Assembly: GCA_010356995.1 (NCBI GenBank) | Contig: ML996706.1 | Coordinates: 124,001-188,000 of the forward strand | Length of the DNA stretch: 64,000 nt | Source: Trichodelitschia bisporula | Lineage: Eukaryota | Direction of reading: 5' to 3' | Shown here: piece by piece, positions 12,514-23,944 of the stretch | How positions within the stretch are numbered: position 1 is the first letter of the stretch | How the letters are laid out: each line of letters begins with the position of its first letter | Made by a program: the position numbers and the translations under genes | The notes under the pieces: model-generated | What the model saw: only the letters and a program-made list of their open reading frames with translations | The model's database searches: none | What the model was told of the DNA's origin: nothing

Positions 12514-12997
12514 GGTTGATAAGGGATGAATGGAGATGGAGGGGAGATGAGAGCTGAAGTTGAAGTCGGGACGGTGACCACGCTCGGCAACCACGCGCCG
12601 CTTTGTTGGTCGTGCAATATCGTGGCGCTTGTGGCTTGTGCTAGCGAGGCGGGGCTGTGGCGCCCTGCGGGGTTGGGACGGCAGGCAGACGTCACCTGGA
12701 GCTGTATTCTTTGTCGTGAACTTTCCGAGACGGTGAATTGTTCAGCTTCACACCACAACCGAAAGCCTTCAAATTTGTAGCAGTTAATCTTTTGCTACTA
12801 CTCACAAGCTATCCTTCCGCTCTACTCACTCAGTCACTGTTTGTTTGCCTCCGTTCTTCGTGCGGTGTACTCGTTGTCTTATAATCGGTGTGCCGCATTG
12901 GACGACCCTTCCCCAGTCACAAGGCTACCGTTCTTCACCTTATCCCATCGATTTCTCCCCATCTTAAAAGTCTTTTTCACAATCCCAACTCACAATC

Positions 12998-14158
12998 ATG
13001 TCTCCTCAGAGTGCTGCTGGTGAGCTGGCTTCCTTCATGGCAGTCAGTCTCCCAAAGGACGCATCACCTCAGCTCAAAACACCCTACGAAGCAATTGCCC
13101 TCGCTGTGCACGCAGGCATGCTAGCATCAGGATTCCGGCTCATCGGTCTCGGTGAAGACCTCAATATCAGTAAATATTCTAGATCACAGTCCTCCAGCAT
13201 TACTGACTCCCTAGCCCAATCCGAGAACGGTGATGCCCAACCCCTTCCAGCCGAGTGGAATGCATCAACCTCGCATGCCTTCCGCTATGCTCACAGCCAG
13301 TCTTCTATGGTCTACATCGTTAAGGTCAACCGGTTAGGTGGCAAAGCTGTGGTGGATGGCCTCGCTCTCGGCGATGACAAGCGCGCTACATTTGACATCA
13401 CGGCCCTCGACTACATCTCGCCTTCCGCCCTACCCGCCACACCCGTCACACCCGAGACCACAACCGAAGCAGCCCGCGAGGCCCTCCAGCAAATATTTAT
13501 ATCACCCGCCCGTCTCGCAGACCTAAACTCGCAGCTCAATCTGAACATCATCCAGAAACTTGCCCCAGGTCTGAAAAAGGATGGCTACGAAGTCAGCCCC
13601 GAGGACTACAATGAAGCCGTGCGCCCTCAACCTTGGAGCTCCAACCCGCCCCGTCCCGACCCTCTCGCCGACCCCGCCCCAGCACGTCCCACACCCTTTG
13701 CAGACCCGCGCGTCCCGCCGCGCAATCCTTACCCGTCCGGCCTTGAGCCGCCGGGCTTCGAGGACGAGTATGAAATCCTACAAATGCCGGGGCGCGGGCA
13801 GCCTCTCCCGCGCAATCCGCTTTCAATCGGCGACGACGACTTATACCCGGCGGGCATGGGACCTAACGATCCCTTCCGGCCGACGGGTCCGCGCGGCTTT
13901 CCCGGACGGGGCGGCGGCGGCGGGATGCACCCTACGTTTGATGACCCGTTGTTCCAGGGACGGGGCAGCGGAGGGTATGGTGATTTGCAGGTGCCGCCGG
14001 GCGCGCGGTATGATCCTGTTCAGCCTGGGGATCCGCGGTCGAGCATGGGACTGGGGCGAAGAGGACCTCAGGGAGGCCCGTTTGGTGGACCTGGGTTTGG
14101 AGGTCCCGGATTCGGAGGCCAGGGCGGGAATCCGTTTGGGGGTGGAGATTTTATCTAG
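12998..14158 (+). CDS. FUB1: Proteasome inhibitor PI31 homolog
   Basis: N-terminal FP-like domain (ALAVHAGM...FRYAHSQSSM), Pro-rich middle, PLSIGDDDLYP, GMHPTFDDPLF, VPPGARYDP; likely 45-nt in-frame intron 13170-13214. Confidence 0.88.
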   Translation: MSPQSAAGELASFMAVSLPKDASPQLKTPYEAIALAVHAGMLASGFRLIGLGEDLNISKYSRSQSSSITDSLAQSENGDAQPLPAEWNASTSHAFRYAHSQSSMVYIVKVNRLGGKAVVDGLALGDDKRATFDITALDYISPSALPATPVTPETTTEAAREALQQIFISPARLADLNSQLNLNIIQKLAPGLKKDGYEVSPEDYNEAVRPQPWSSNPPRPDPLADPAPARPTPFADPRVPPRNPYPSGLEPPGFEDEYEILQMPGRGQPLPRNPLSIGDDDLYPAGMGPNDPFRPTGPRGFPGRGGGGGMHPTFDDPLFQGRGSGGYGDLQVPPGARYDPVQPGDPRSSMGLGRRGPQGGPFGGPGFGGPGFGGQGGNPFGGGDFI

Positions 14159-14750
14159 TGTGCGGTCGTGATGGGCGTCTTCAGGTTCGTTGGGTGGTGC
14201 CGATGGGAGACAGGAAGGCAAGGCTGTCGTTCGAGGACGTCTTGCTACCTGAAAAAAATATATCTCCTCATGCATTCAGGACATTTTCTCTCGCCATATT
14301 GTTCCATTTTGTAGATGGACGTACTGACGTTGCCCACTGCGCAATCCGGCCAAAAGATAACGGAGGATGTTCCTTTCGAAATTGTACAAGTTGTACCGAG
14401 TCATTTCAACCGGAGTGTTGACGCAGCCGCACTGAGGCTGGTGGCTGGTAGGCCGCATCGCAACGGCAAATTCCGATGGCCTAGATTCCGCCAACCTCTC
14501 CGAACTCGCGCTGAAAAACAAAGCCATTCGGCATGCTATTGGTCATACGGATGTATAGGCGCCTGCATCATGCAAAGCCATGTCAATGAACGGGACAAGA
14601 CTTGCTTGATTGTGTGCTCGATAACCCCCCCAGCCACTGCCACATCTACCCTGTCGATAACGTTCTCATGAATCGACAATTTCCATAAGTTCAAGCCGTG
14701 CCGCCGTCAAAAAGGTGCAGCACCATGAAGCGAACAACAACACCATCGCC

Positions 14751-16227
14751 ATGTCGTACAACTATGATCCGCAGCTATTTCAGGACCTCGACTTCCCCGT
14801 TCCTGTTTATAGCATCTTCCGAAGAGCACCGTCTGTTGTATGGAGAGTGATTGTAGTGCTACGCCCGCCTTTGCTGATGGCTGTCTTCTCTGCCTTCCTA
14901 ATTACTCTCAGCCTCAGAATACCTATGCTCGTCTTCTTAAAGCTCATGGGCCCACGGCAACAGTATTTAGACTATCGGAAGGTGCGTGAATTCAGCATTG
15001 GGCAGATTTTGCTATTCAACAAACAGTGAACAAGCTTTGGAATATCTACTGAGCGTATATATAGCGCTTCACCTGGTCCTTCAGTCTTGATGATGTCGTT
15101 ATGCAGGACGTCAAATCAGAGAGCATAAGCGCCGCCGTCCTGTGGATGATAGTATACGGAACGTCTAGCAATATGGCATATTTCCATTTGTATTATACAT
15201 CAGCGTGGTTTCAGCACCTTCGGTTTGGCGTCCCAGAAGATCGTCACCGCTCCTTGATGATCTTCCGCAATAGCATAGAGGCCACAGAGGTTCCTTGCTC
15301 CGCCGAGATGGACGACATGGTTCTCCTCCGCCAGATATGTCTCTTCCACTACCTCCGAAAGGTCGAACGCGGTCTTCTGGAGTGCATCAGAATGAAAAGT
15401 CTAGCCTACATCGAAGTTGCGGAGGTATGGCTACATCCGTACTTGGTTCGCTTCCGCCTCGCTTAGCTGCTAACCGAACCTCGCATGTAGCTCACTCACG
15501 GTGCCGCCCTCGGCGAACACGACTACATTCTCCCCCTTGGCCGCTACCGCACTCACTCGCGCAGCATCTACCTCCTTCACAACCCCTCGAAGCTGGAAGG
15601 CAGCTTCGAAATCGTGGAGCGGCTCCGCCTCGCCGGCGTACTTACCCGCCCTGGTATGCAGACCAAGGCGCTCAACTTCGTCGAGCAGTGGGACACGCGG
15701 CTTTTGACCGTCGCCGTTGCCATCCCTGTAATCGTCAGCCTCCTGGCCGCGATTGCCTGGCCCTGGATGTCGGTTAGGCGGTATGGTGGCGATGTACAGG
15801 CTAGTGTGCAGACTGGCTTCACGATTGCCGGGTTCATTCTAACGGCCGGTTCGTACGCACTTCTTTGGATTGGGGTGTACTAATTTGGGTAGGCGCTCTG
15901 CTCATTGCTTTGGTGGCATTCATGGATTCGAATTCCAATGCCGGTGGGCTGGTTTCGCAGCGTCAGCGTTCAACTGTCCCTCTTCGGGGCCCGGAGCGAA
16001 GACAGTCTGTTGCATTTGCGTCAACGCTTGCCGCCACAAGGGGCGCGGGAGAAGCAGGCTCAATAGCGCTGGAGCCGATTCCCGAAGGACGACAACCATC
16101 AGAGCAGCCTCCGCACAACCATCAGCAGCCCGACCCGGCCGGATCTGCAGGCCAAAGAAGTTCAACACAGCAACATCAAAGTCAAAGAGAGAATGGGCAT
16201 ATTCTTGATCTGGCGCAGGCTCCATAG
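14751..16227 (+). CDS. Hypothetical membrane protein, 4 exons
   Basis: Introns 14981-15064, ~15425-15490 and ~15848-15892 have canonical donor, branch and acceptor and join four ORF fragments in frame; N-terminal hydrophobic segment plus C-terminal TM pair (...GDVQASVQTGFTIAGFILTAGALLIALVAF). Confidence 0.68.
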
Positions 16228-17638
16228 CTTCTGTAATTCGACCTGTTTGGCTTCATGTGATTCCTGCAAGCTTGAGTCCAAATAGGTGACGAGTGTAGTG
16301 AAACATAGATTCCCCTCTTTCCACATCTTCCCAAGAACATCGGCCGGAGCCATTAGTCAGCTTCGATAAATGCGGGTGTGTAAGGAGATTAGATTGTGCG
16401 AACCGTGCAGATGATAGGCATACTATGGTCTCCGGCGTATCATAGTAAATGTTTACATTAGTAAGTACCCCATAGGCAGGCAAGATAATGTTCGCTCATC
16501 ACCATGGGGCGCAGGGCCATCCCGAAAGTCATTGCTGCCCTGTCACCACGTCACGACAGACCCAGTTTGTAATTTTTTAAGCCTGGGACTGTTGAAGTTC
16601 TAGAGCCTCCTTAGATGGCGTTCACATCACGTGGCAATCTGATCTCGAAGCTCAAGCTTCAGCGAACTTCATCTTGAAGGCAATGCGTGTGCTTTGACAT
16701 TCTTGTTTACGTATTGCGAGTATTATGTCTAACGGTGAAGCGATTAGTTGTTGCAGCTTGCATTGCAGGAGAGAGAGCTTAGCGTATGCAGAGCATCATG
16801 TTGCCTTGGTGATCCCTGCTCAGTGGCTGAAAGCTGCAAGCGTCCGGTCCGTGGAGCTCCGGTCGACGACATCTGCTGCCAGTACGCGTCGTGTGCACCG
16901 ATTACTATTCCGTTCCTTTGGTTCATGGACTTGTTGCAATGTGCGACTCCAGGCACACAAGGTTACTATCACTCGAACCGTACCACATCCCTTTCTTTCC
17001 CCTGCCTTGGACCAAGGGGGAACTGCAATCGGCTTACCTGAAAGGCCCGAGGCCGAGCCTCCGCAAGCAAGGTACCGCACAGGATATCTCATCTGCCATC
17101 GCCACGCCATACGTCATTCCATGTCATTGGATGCCCCGGAAGCTGACCACGTACAAGAGATGAGTTTCCGATCCCCTTTGCTTTGTCATTTCAGGTTGGA
17201 TCACGCCCAATTAGATGCCGGTTTGCTACCATGATGCTTCGGCGGCTTATGGTGCAGCTTCCCTGCGGGGAAGATGTGGGGTGAGTGCATGTACGGATCG
17301 CCACACGCTGCAGTTATGATTCCATTCAGGGCGGCCATCTCTGACCTGCCGGTATTGATTCGTCTTTCCAGATGCACAAGTACGACGCCATGGGAGGGAT
17401 AAGGTTATGGGACATGTGGGCCTTGGACCTTGAGCGGCAGGCGTCTAGGCATATCTCGTCTGACGGATAGCCTGCCCTGGGCATGCTGATCTGCCCGTTA
17501 CAGGGTCTGGACGACGTTCAAATAGTCCTAGCTTCCCACGCTCCAACGGTTATCGACTTGATTTGGACATTGGACTCACTGAACCCACAAGTCAAAACAA
17601 TCATACTTCTCAACCCTTACTCACTTCAGTGATCTATC

Positions 17639-20453
17639 ATGGCTGTCGACGTGCTCCCTCTCCTTCCTAATACCAATCACTATGGCTTGCCTAGCAATCA
17701 ACCCTCGATGGTCAAAAGTATTCTCATCGACATCCGCCAGGAAGTAAGCGGGGAGTCGCTTGTCGAGGGCATAAAGGAAGGCTTGAAGCATGGCAACGTG
17801 GCGGGTGCGAAGACGTTGCCGACATTGCTGCTTTACGACGAGGCTGGTCTAAAGCTTTTCGAGGAGATCACGTACTTGGACGAGTACTACCTCACGAACG
17901 CGGAGCTCCAAGTGTTGGAAATGTATGCAGACCGCATTGCCGAGAGAATCGAGTCGGGTTCGTTGGTGTTGGAACTTGGAAGCGGGTATGTTTGTACAGC
18001 ATGGTTATGTCCCCCGCTCATCCCTGATATAGTAATCTGCGGAAAATCAGTATCCTCTTGCGGGCCCTGGAGCGAGCCAGGAAGGATGTGGAGTATTATG
18101 CTCTCGACTTGTCAGTCACTGAGCTGCAACGTACCTTGGCCGCGATCCCCCGCGCGGAGTTCAAGTACGTCAAGTGCTACGGCCTCCATGGGACGTATGA
18201 CGATGGGCTGCAGTGGCTCAAATCACCGGAGATTGCCTCGAGACGCAAGAGCGTGTTGACTATGGGGTCAAGTATTGGGAATTTCTCGAGACCGGATGCT
18301 GTCGCGTTCCTCAAGGGCTTCGCCTCTGCTCTCAGGCCTGGCGACAACATCCTAGTTGGACTGGATTCTTGTCAAGATCCGGAGAAAGTTTACCATGCGT
18401 ACAACGACAAGTACGGCGTTACCCACAGGTTCATTCTCAATGGACTGAAGCATGCCAATCGACTCTTGGGATATCAGGCCTTTGACCTAGATCTTTGGCA
18501 CGTGGTTGGCGAATATGATGTTGATGCCGGGAAGCACCATGCCTTCGTCTCCCCCACACAGGATGTAACGGTCGAAGGAGTGCTCATCGGAAAGGACGAA
18601 AGGATCCGCATTGAGGAGAGCTACAAGTACTCGTCGGAGCAGATCACTCATCTGTGGGAGAGCGCTGGACTTGCAGAAGGCGCAAAGTGGGCCAATGCCA
18701 CTGGAGACTATGGTAAGCCTCAGATCCCTACTTCATTGTTACTATCCGTACAAAAGATGCGATTCTCATACATCTCTAGCTCTTCATATGACGTATCGCC
18801 CGCCATTCTGCTTTCCGCTCCATCCGTCAGAGTATGCGACAGCACCTGCTCCTAGTCTCCATGACTGGCAAAGTCTTTGGGCGGCGTGGGACACCGTGAC
18901 CACTGGCATGATACCTAACTCGGAATTGCTCTCAAAGCCCATAAATCTCCGGAACGTATGCCTGTTCTACATTGGCCATATCCCCACTTTCCTGGCAATC
19001 CATATCGCTCGGACCACTGGAAAAAGTCATACCCAGCTAGACGCTTATCAGCGCATCTTTGAGCGTGGAATCGATCCCGATGTCGATAATCCGGAGCTGT
19101 GTCACGCGCACAGTGAGATTCCGGACAGTTGGCCGCCCTTGGGTGACATCCTAGCCTTCCAGCGCGACATTAGAACCTTTGTCGAGACTTTATATGCGTC
19201 GGAGCGGTCTCCCGAGGTGAATAAAGCTCTCTGGCTTGGGTTCGAACATGAGGCCATGCATTTGGAGACCCTGTTGTACATGTTGGTTCAGAGCGAGAAG
19301 ACTCTGCCGCCTTCTGGTGCTGTCAAGCCCGATTTTGAGGCACTTGCGAACTTCAGCAGATCGGTGGCTGTCGAAAATAGCTGGTTCACCATTCCGGAGA
19401 GAGTCGTGACGCTGGGTGCTTCTGCTGAAGATGATGTCTACGGATGGGACAACGAGTTCCCGTCCAGACAGGTGTCGGTTCATGCGTTCGAGGCAAAGGC
19501 CCGACCCATCACAAATGGGGAGTATGCCACATATCTGGGGGAAAATGGTGTACAGCGCATCCCTGCTTCCTGGACCGAAAAGCCTGCCAAAGATGGTAGC
19601 TCCGAGCTCAGTCGAAAGGAGCAAGTGCGTCGTGACTCCATGCAAACAAACAGTACCGGGTCGGCTTTTGTGGAGGGCAAGTCTGTCCGCACGGTTTTCG
19701 GGCCCGTACCTCTCAAGTACACCCTCGAATGGCCGGTCGTTGCGTCCTATGACGAGCTTACTGCCTGTGCCAGATGGATGGGAGGGCGAATTCCAACCGT
19801 TGAGGAAGTGAAGAGCATTTACGAACACGTTGCCGATAAGAAGCTGTTGGGGGTGGAAAATGCCTTAGGCAAAACGATACCAGCAGTGAATGGGTAAGCC
19901 ACCATCATGACGCACTGTCATTCACTGACTTACATCCAGACATCTCATCAATGACGGTGTTGAGGAAACTCCTCCGTCACGTACCCCTCACCCGAGCAAC
20001 ATTTCCAGCTCTTCGGCCGCATCTGCCCCATTTGCAGATCTTCGCCAGGCAAATATCGGGTTTAAGCACTGGCATCCTGTCGCCGTCGCGCATCTCGGTG
20101 GTAAACTTGCGGGGCAGGGCGAGCTAGGCGGCATCTGGGAGTGGACCAGCACTGCTCTCGAGAAGCATGAAGGCTTCGAGGCGATGCCTGAATATACTGG
20201 CTATACTGGTGAGCATCCCACAAACAAGCGAACTCCCGAGCTTACCAGCGATAGCGGATTTCTTTGACTCCAAGCACAATATCGTACTTGGTGGGTCGTG
20301 GGCAACACATCCCCGTATTGCGGGAAGGAAGAGCTTGTACGTGCCCACTTCATCTGTCATGACTTTTAAGGAACTAACTCTTGCAGTGTAAACTGGTACC
20401 AGAGGAACTACCCCTATGTCTGGGCTGGTTGCCGTCTGGTTCGCGACTTCTAA
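17639..20453 (+). CDS. EGT1: Ergothioneine biosynthesis protein Egt1 (histidine methyltransferase fused to sulfoxide synthase)
   Basis: KTLPTLLLYD, EYYLTNAE, LELGSGN, MGSSIGNF, IEESYKY (EgtD-like); FYIGHIPTF, FEHEAMHLETLLYM (iron-binding His), GWDNE, WEWT, LGGSWATHPRIAGR, NWYQRNYPY (EgtB/FGE-like); five introns. Confidence 0.95.
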
Positions 20454-21121
20454 GTATCATGCGGGAAATAGCGAACACGGTGACGTGACTGGACCCTGCA
20501 CTGGCTCGTGGGCAGCACCTGGCATCGGAAGCTTGTTGTACCGCGCAAAGCATTTCCACTATTTAAACTGCGAAGCTGCAACTCCATGAGTATATTGTCT
20601 TTTACACATTGTTGTGGGTTCCATCTCACCACTCTTTCATTATTGTTACGGAGAGTTACTCTCTCAATGTGTCGGCCAGCTTTTACCTGCTGTCTTAGCT
20701 ACTGTCATTTTCATGAACAGAACATATTCGATCGCTATCTATTCATCGAGGCTTTCGAGGTTCGTTCTACCTCAAGACGCAGTTCCTTGGCGGTAGTATG
20801 TTACTATTGGGACCCTTACTCACTTTGAGGCCCAAAATAGGGGACCGAACTTTCTTCGAACATACAAACGCCGGCTTCCGTCAAGGTGGCTATTCACCGC
20901 CACGCCTAAATCATCCCCACAACAAAGCTATTTACACCGTCCACTGAATATCGCGCACTTCCCTTGAGCGCTCACCAAACCCTTCGATTGGGTTAACCTT
21001 CCCCTTCTGCAGGTTCCCATCTAGGCCGATTCCAAGGAACAATTCACGCCACGTTGTTAGCCGCGTAAGTCCCTGAAGGCATAGGTGATGGTGTCTTCAC
21101 TGCCGGGCAAAGCGCGAAATA

Positions 21122-23317
21122 ATGTCCAACATCCACGATGCACAGCCCAGTGCTGGTGCAGAAGAGCAGACTTTGGATATAAAGTCCTACCCCGATTTTC
21201 GCAGGGTGGGAGCACTGGGTTAGTTATCACCTTCATCACGCGACAGCTGATGCCTATTCTCCCCCATCTGTGACGTATACAAGCACTGACTATCAAGACC
21301 ATCACTGTGATATCTGCAAGCTTCCTCTAGCGCGCCCGAGAGCACCTCAGGAATGTATTGGTAAACACTCGTTACCATGTAGAGACTTCCATACAGTGCA
21401 CAGAAACCGTAAGTCTCCCACGAGGTGTTTAATCGTGGCATTTTGTCTAATGAACTCGTAGCCTCCAAGTGTTCTAAGTATGTGCTTGATCGCCCTGTTT
21501 TACCCATAATTTCAATATACTGATGCTGACGCTCTGGCGTTTGTCGGATCATCCGGAGCCTGAAGGATTTGACTGACTTCGATCTAGATGCAAGCATCGT
21601 ATCGAGGCTCGTCGGGACAGAATCAAAAGCATTAGCATGATCGTGCGCGAGATTCATCTGCATGATAAAGAAGTTCCCGTTCCCTCCGATATTGAGCCTC
21701 AAGCAGCCTTTCAGCCAGGAATGAAGAAAAGGGAGAAAAGGGAGCAAAAGCGCCTTAAACAAGAGTCCCTTCTTAAGTGTCCTTTCAGTCTGGAAAAGGC
21801 CCGGACCGCCATAGGGGAAGTCCTGCCGCCTAAGTACGGACTCTGTGGTCCGGACGATGACGATGATGAAGCCACCCATGACAATCCAACCACGCTCTGC
21901 CCTCAAAGCAAGGACTGTCCTGGGTGCGCTCAGCGCCGGCTAAACATCAAGCTCAAGTTCAACGATGATGTTACTTTGACGAAGGAGGAGATCAAGCTTC
22001 TTCTGGCTCCAGTGGCTCATATCGATCCGAAGGAGCTCATGAAGCGCATTATCAAACGCTTTGAGCTGGGGAATGTCATAAATTCCCTTCCCGAGCAGAA
22101 GACAGCTCTTGATCAAGCACTTTTCAAGCACGCCAGCAAGGAGATGGCTGATCGACGCAGCTTCAACATGATGCGCGTGTCGTACGCAGAGTTCGCCTCC
22201 AATGGGCAGGTGTCTAGGATTTGGTGCTGCATCAGCGTATGCTTATCTACACTTATGCGACAGCATCTAGCTAACTATATAGAACGAGAACGGTTCTGAC
22301 CCAGATATGAAGTTTGCGCGTGGCGTCAGACGCCCCTCCGAGAGCAAGGCCCCAAAGTTTCCGATCAAGTCGCCCGATCCAGCGCCGGCCAATCCCTTCA
22401 AAGAGTGCGACACTCGTGAGGGGGGCACGATTCTTCCGCGCAAGACTCCTCCGGCTCGTCCTTCCATGGGCAAGAAATGTCGTGAGCTCTGCGCTGCGCC
22501 GAACGACTCTGTCGCCAGTTCCAACCCCCCTTTCACATGGGGTACGCCAACACGTCCTAGCCCGGCTGCTCATTCGCCATGGTCTCCCAATGGGCATAAG
22601 ATGTCTCAGCCTTTGATCACAAATGGAAGCCCCATCCTGAATGGAGGCAGCAGACTCTCCTCAGCCGGGCTCGCAAATGGACACGGCCGTTCCGAGAATC
22701 AGCACAAGAATGAGCAGCCGGCCCCAGTCTTCCCAAGCTCTCCATTGAACCTCCCCCTCATACCCGAGCTAGGCAACACTCCGAGACCCCCCCTTCAGCC
22801 CCGCAGTGGGAACATCATCACGGAAGCGACCATTCAAAGGATCCTGGGCAACAGGAGCTCACCATACGGCCCCAGCGCCAATGCAGCTCCTGGGCCCAGC
22901 AGACCTGATACCAATGGCCTCGGCTGTGCTGCCACTCTTGCGAGCGGAGCGGCGTTCCGTGGAGTCAAGGTTATGACGCGGGAAGAACAAGCCAAGATCC
23001 TGGAGGACAAGGCCAAGAAGGAAGCCAAAGCCGCCGCAAATAACACGGCAAACGGCACACTTCCTCCTCCTAAGAAACGGACCTCTGCGAAAAAGTCACG
23101 TGATCATGGAACTGCTCAAGCTGCCAGGGGGGCCGGCCCAGCTCAATTCCAAGGACTCAATGGAACTCGGAACCCCGATCCTGGTTCCCTCGAGGCCCGA
23201 AACACCCAAAAGCGGAATTCCGAGTCGCGGGTCTCGCAAACCCGTAAGGTCAATGGTGATGTCAGTGATTCCAATGACGGCTTCACCAAGCCCAACAAGA
23301 ACGGCAAGGGCTTTTGA
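21122..23317 (+). CDS. Hypothetical protein with N-terminal Cys/His cluster and long disordered C-terminus (start uncertain)
   Basis: Introns 21409-21461, 21478-21587 and 22237-22282 join ORF fragments in frame through to the stop at 23317; first exon not resolved. Confidence 0.6.
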
Positions 23318-23944
23318 GTGTTGATTAGACTGCTTTGGGCGCGGATGAGACGAACGAGGTGCATGCCGCTACGCTCTCATATGGTGTCAGCTCAGTGTTT
23401 GTGGTTTCGGCGTTCCTTTGTTTCGGTCGAGGTGGTGTTGCGGTGTTCTGGGCCGAGCAAGGTGCCCCGGTTGTTCAGATATCAGGATGGGTTGATGACT
23501 TCATGGCTGATGATAAAGACGACGGAATGATCCTACTCCGATGATAGAAACAGAAGCAGTAATAAAACTGCTGAAAATGTCTAATCTCATCAGTAATCAT
23601 AACATAGACGTTATCAAAACTTGCGCGAGTCATCACCGCATTGAGCCGGGCAACACTACGAGCTGGACGAAATGCTTAAAGGACGATGAAATATACCTGA
23701 TCGGGTCCCATGCCTACGCTTCGCAGAGGTTAGCTAGTACGCATATGCGGTACGTGAGACACCATAAGTTAAGTGGACTCAGTCAAGTCTGGCCTGATTT
23801 GTGGACCAACAATCCGAACATCCAGCATATCTCCCCGTTTCTAACATGTACTATGTTGATTATTCCATACGTCTGATGCGCTTTCCATTGCACGACCAAA
23901 CTTCCGGTACTCCATGTCATATATTTCAGCCCACGCACCATCTC

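Noticed and set aside
17639..20453. EGT1 as the core of a biosynthetic cluster
   Set aside because: No C-S lyase (Egt2), transporter or tailoring gene nearby; a stand-alone egt1 is normal in fungi.
21531..21622. Two hairpins followed by ACA, resembling an H/ACA snoRNA
   Set aside because: No ANANNA H box, and the second hairpin spans the CTAG acceptor at 21587 into coding sequence that completes a CxxC motif.
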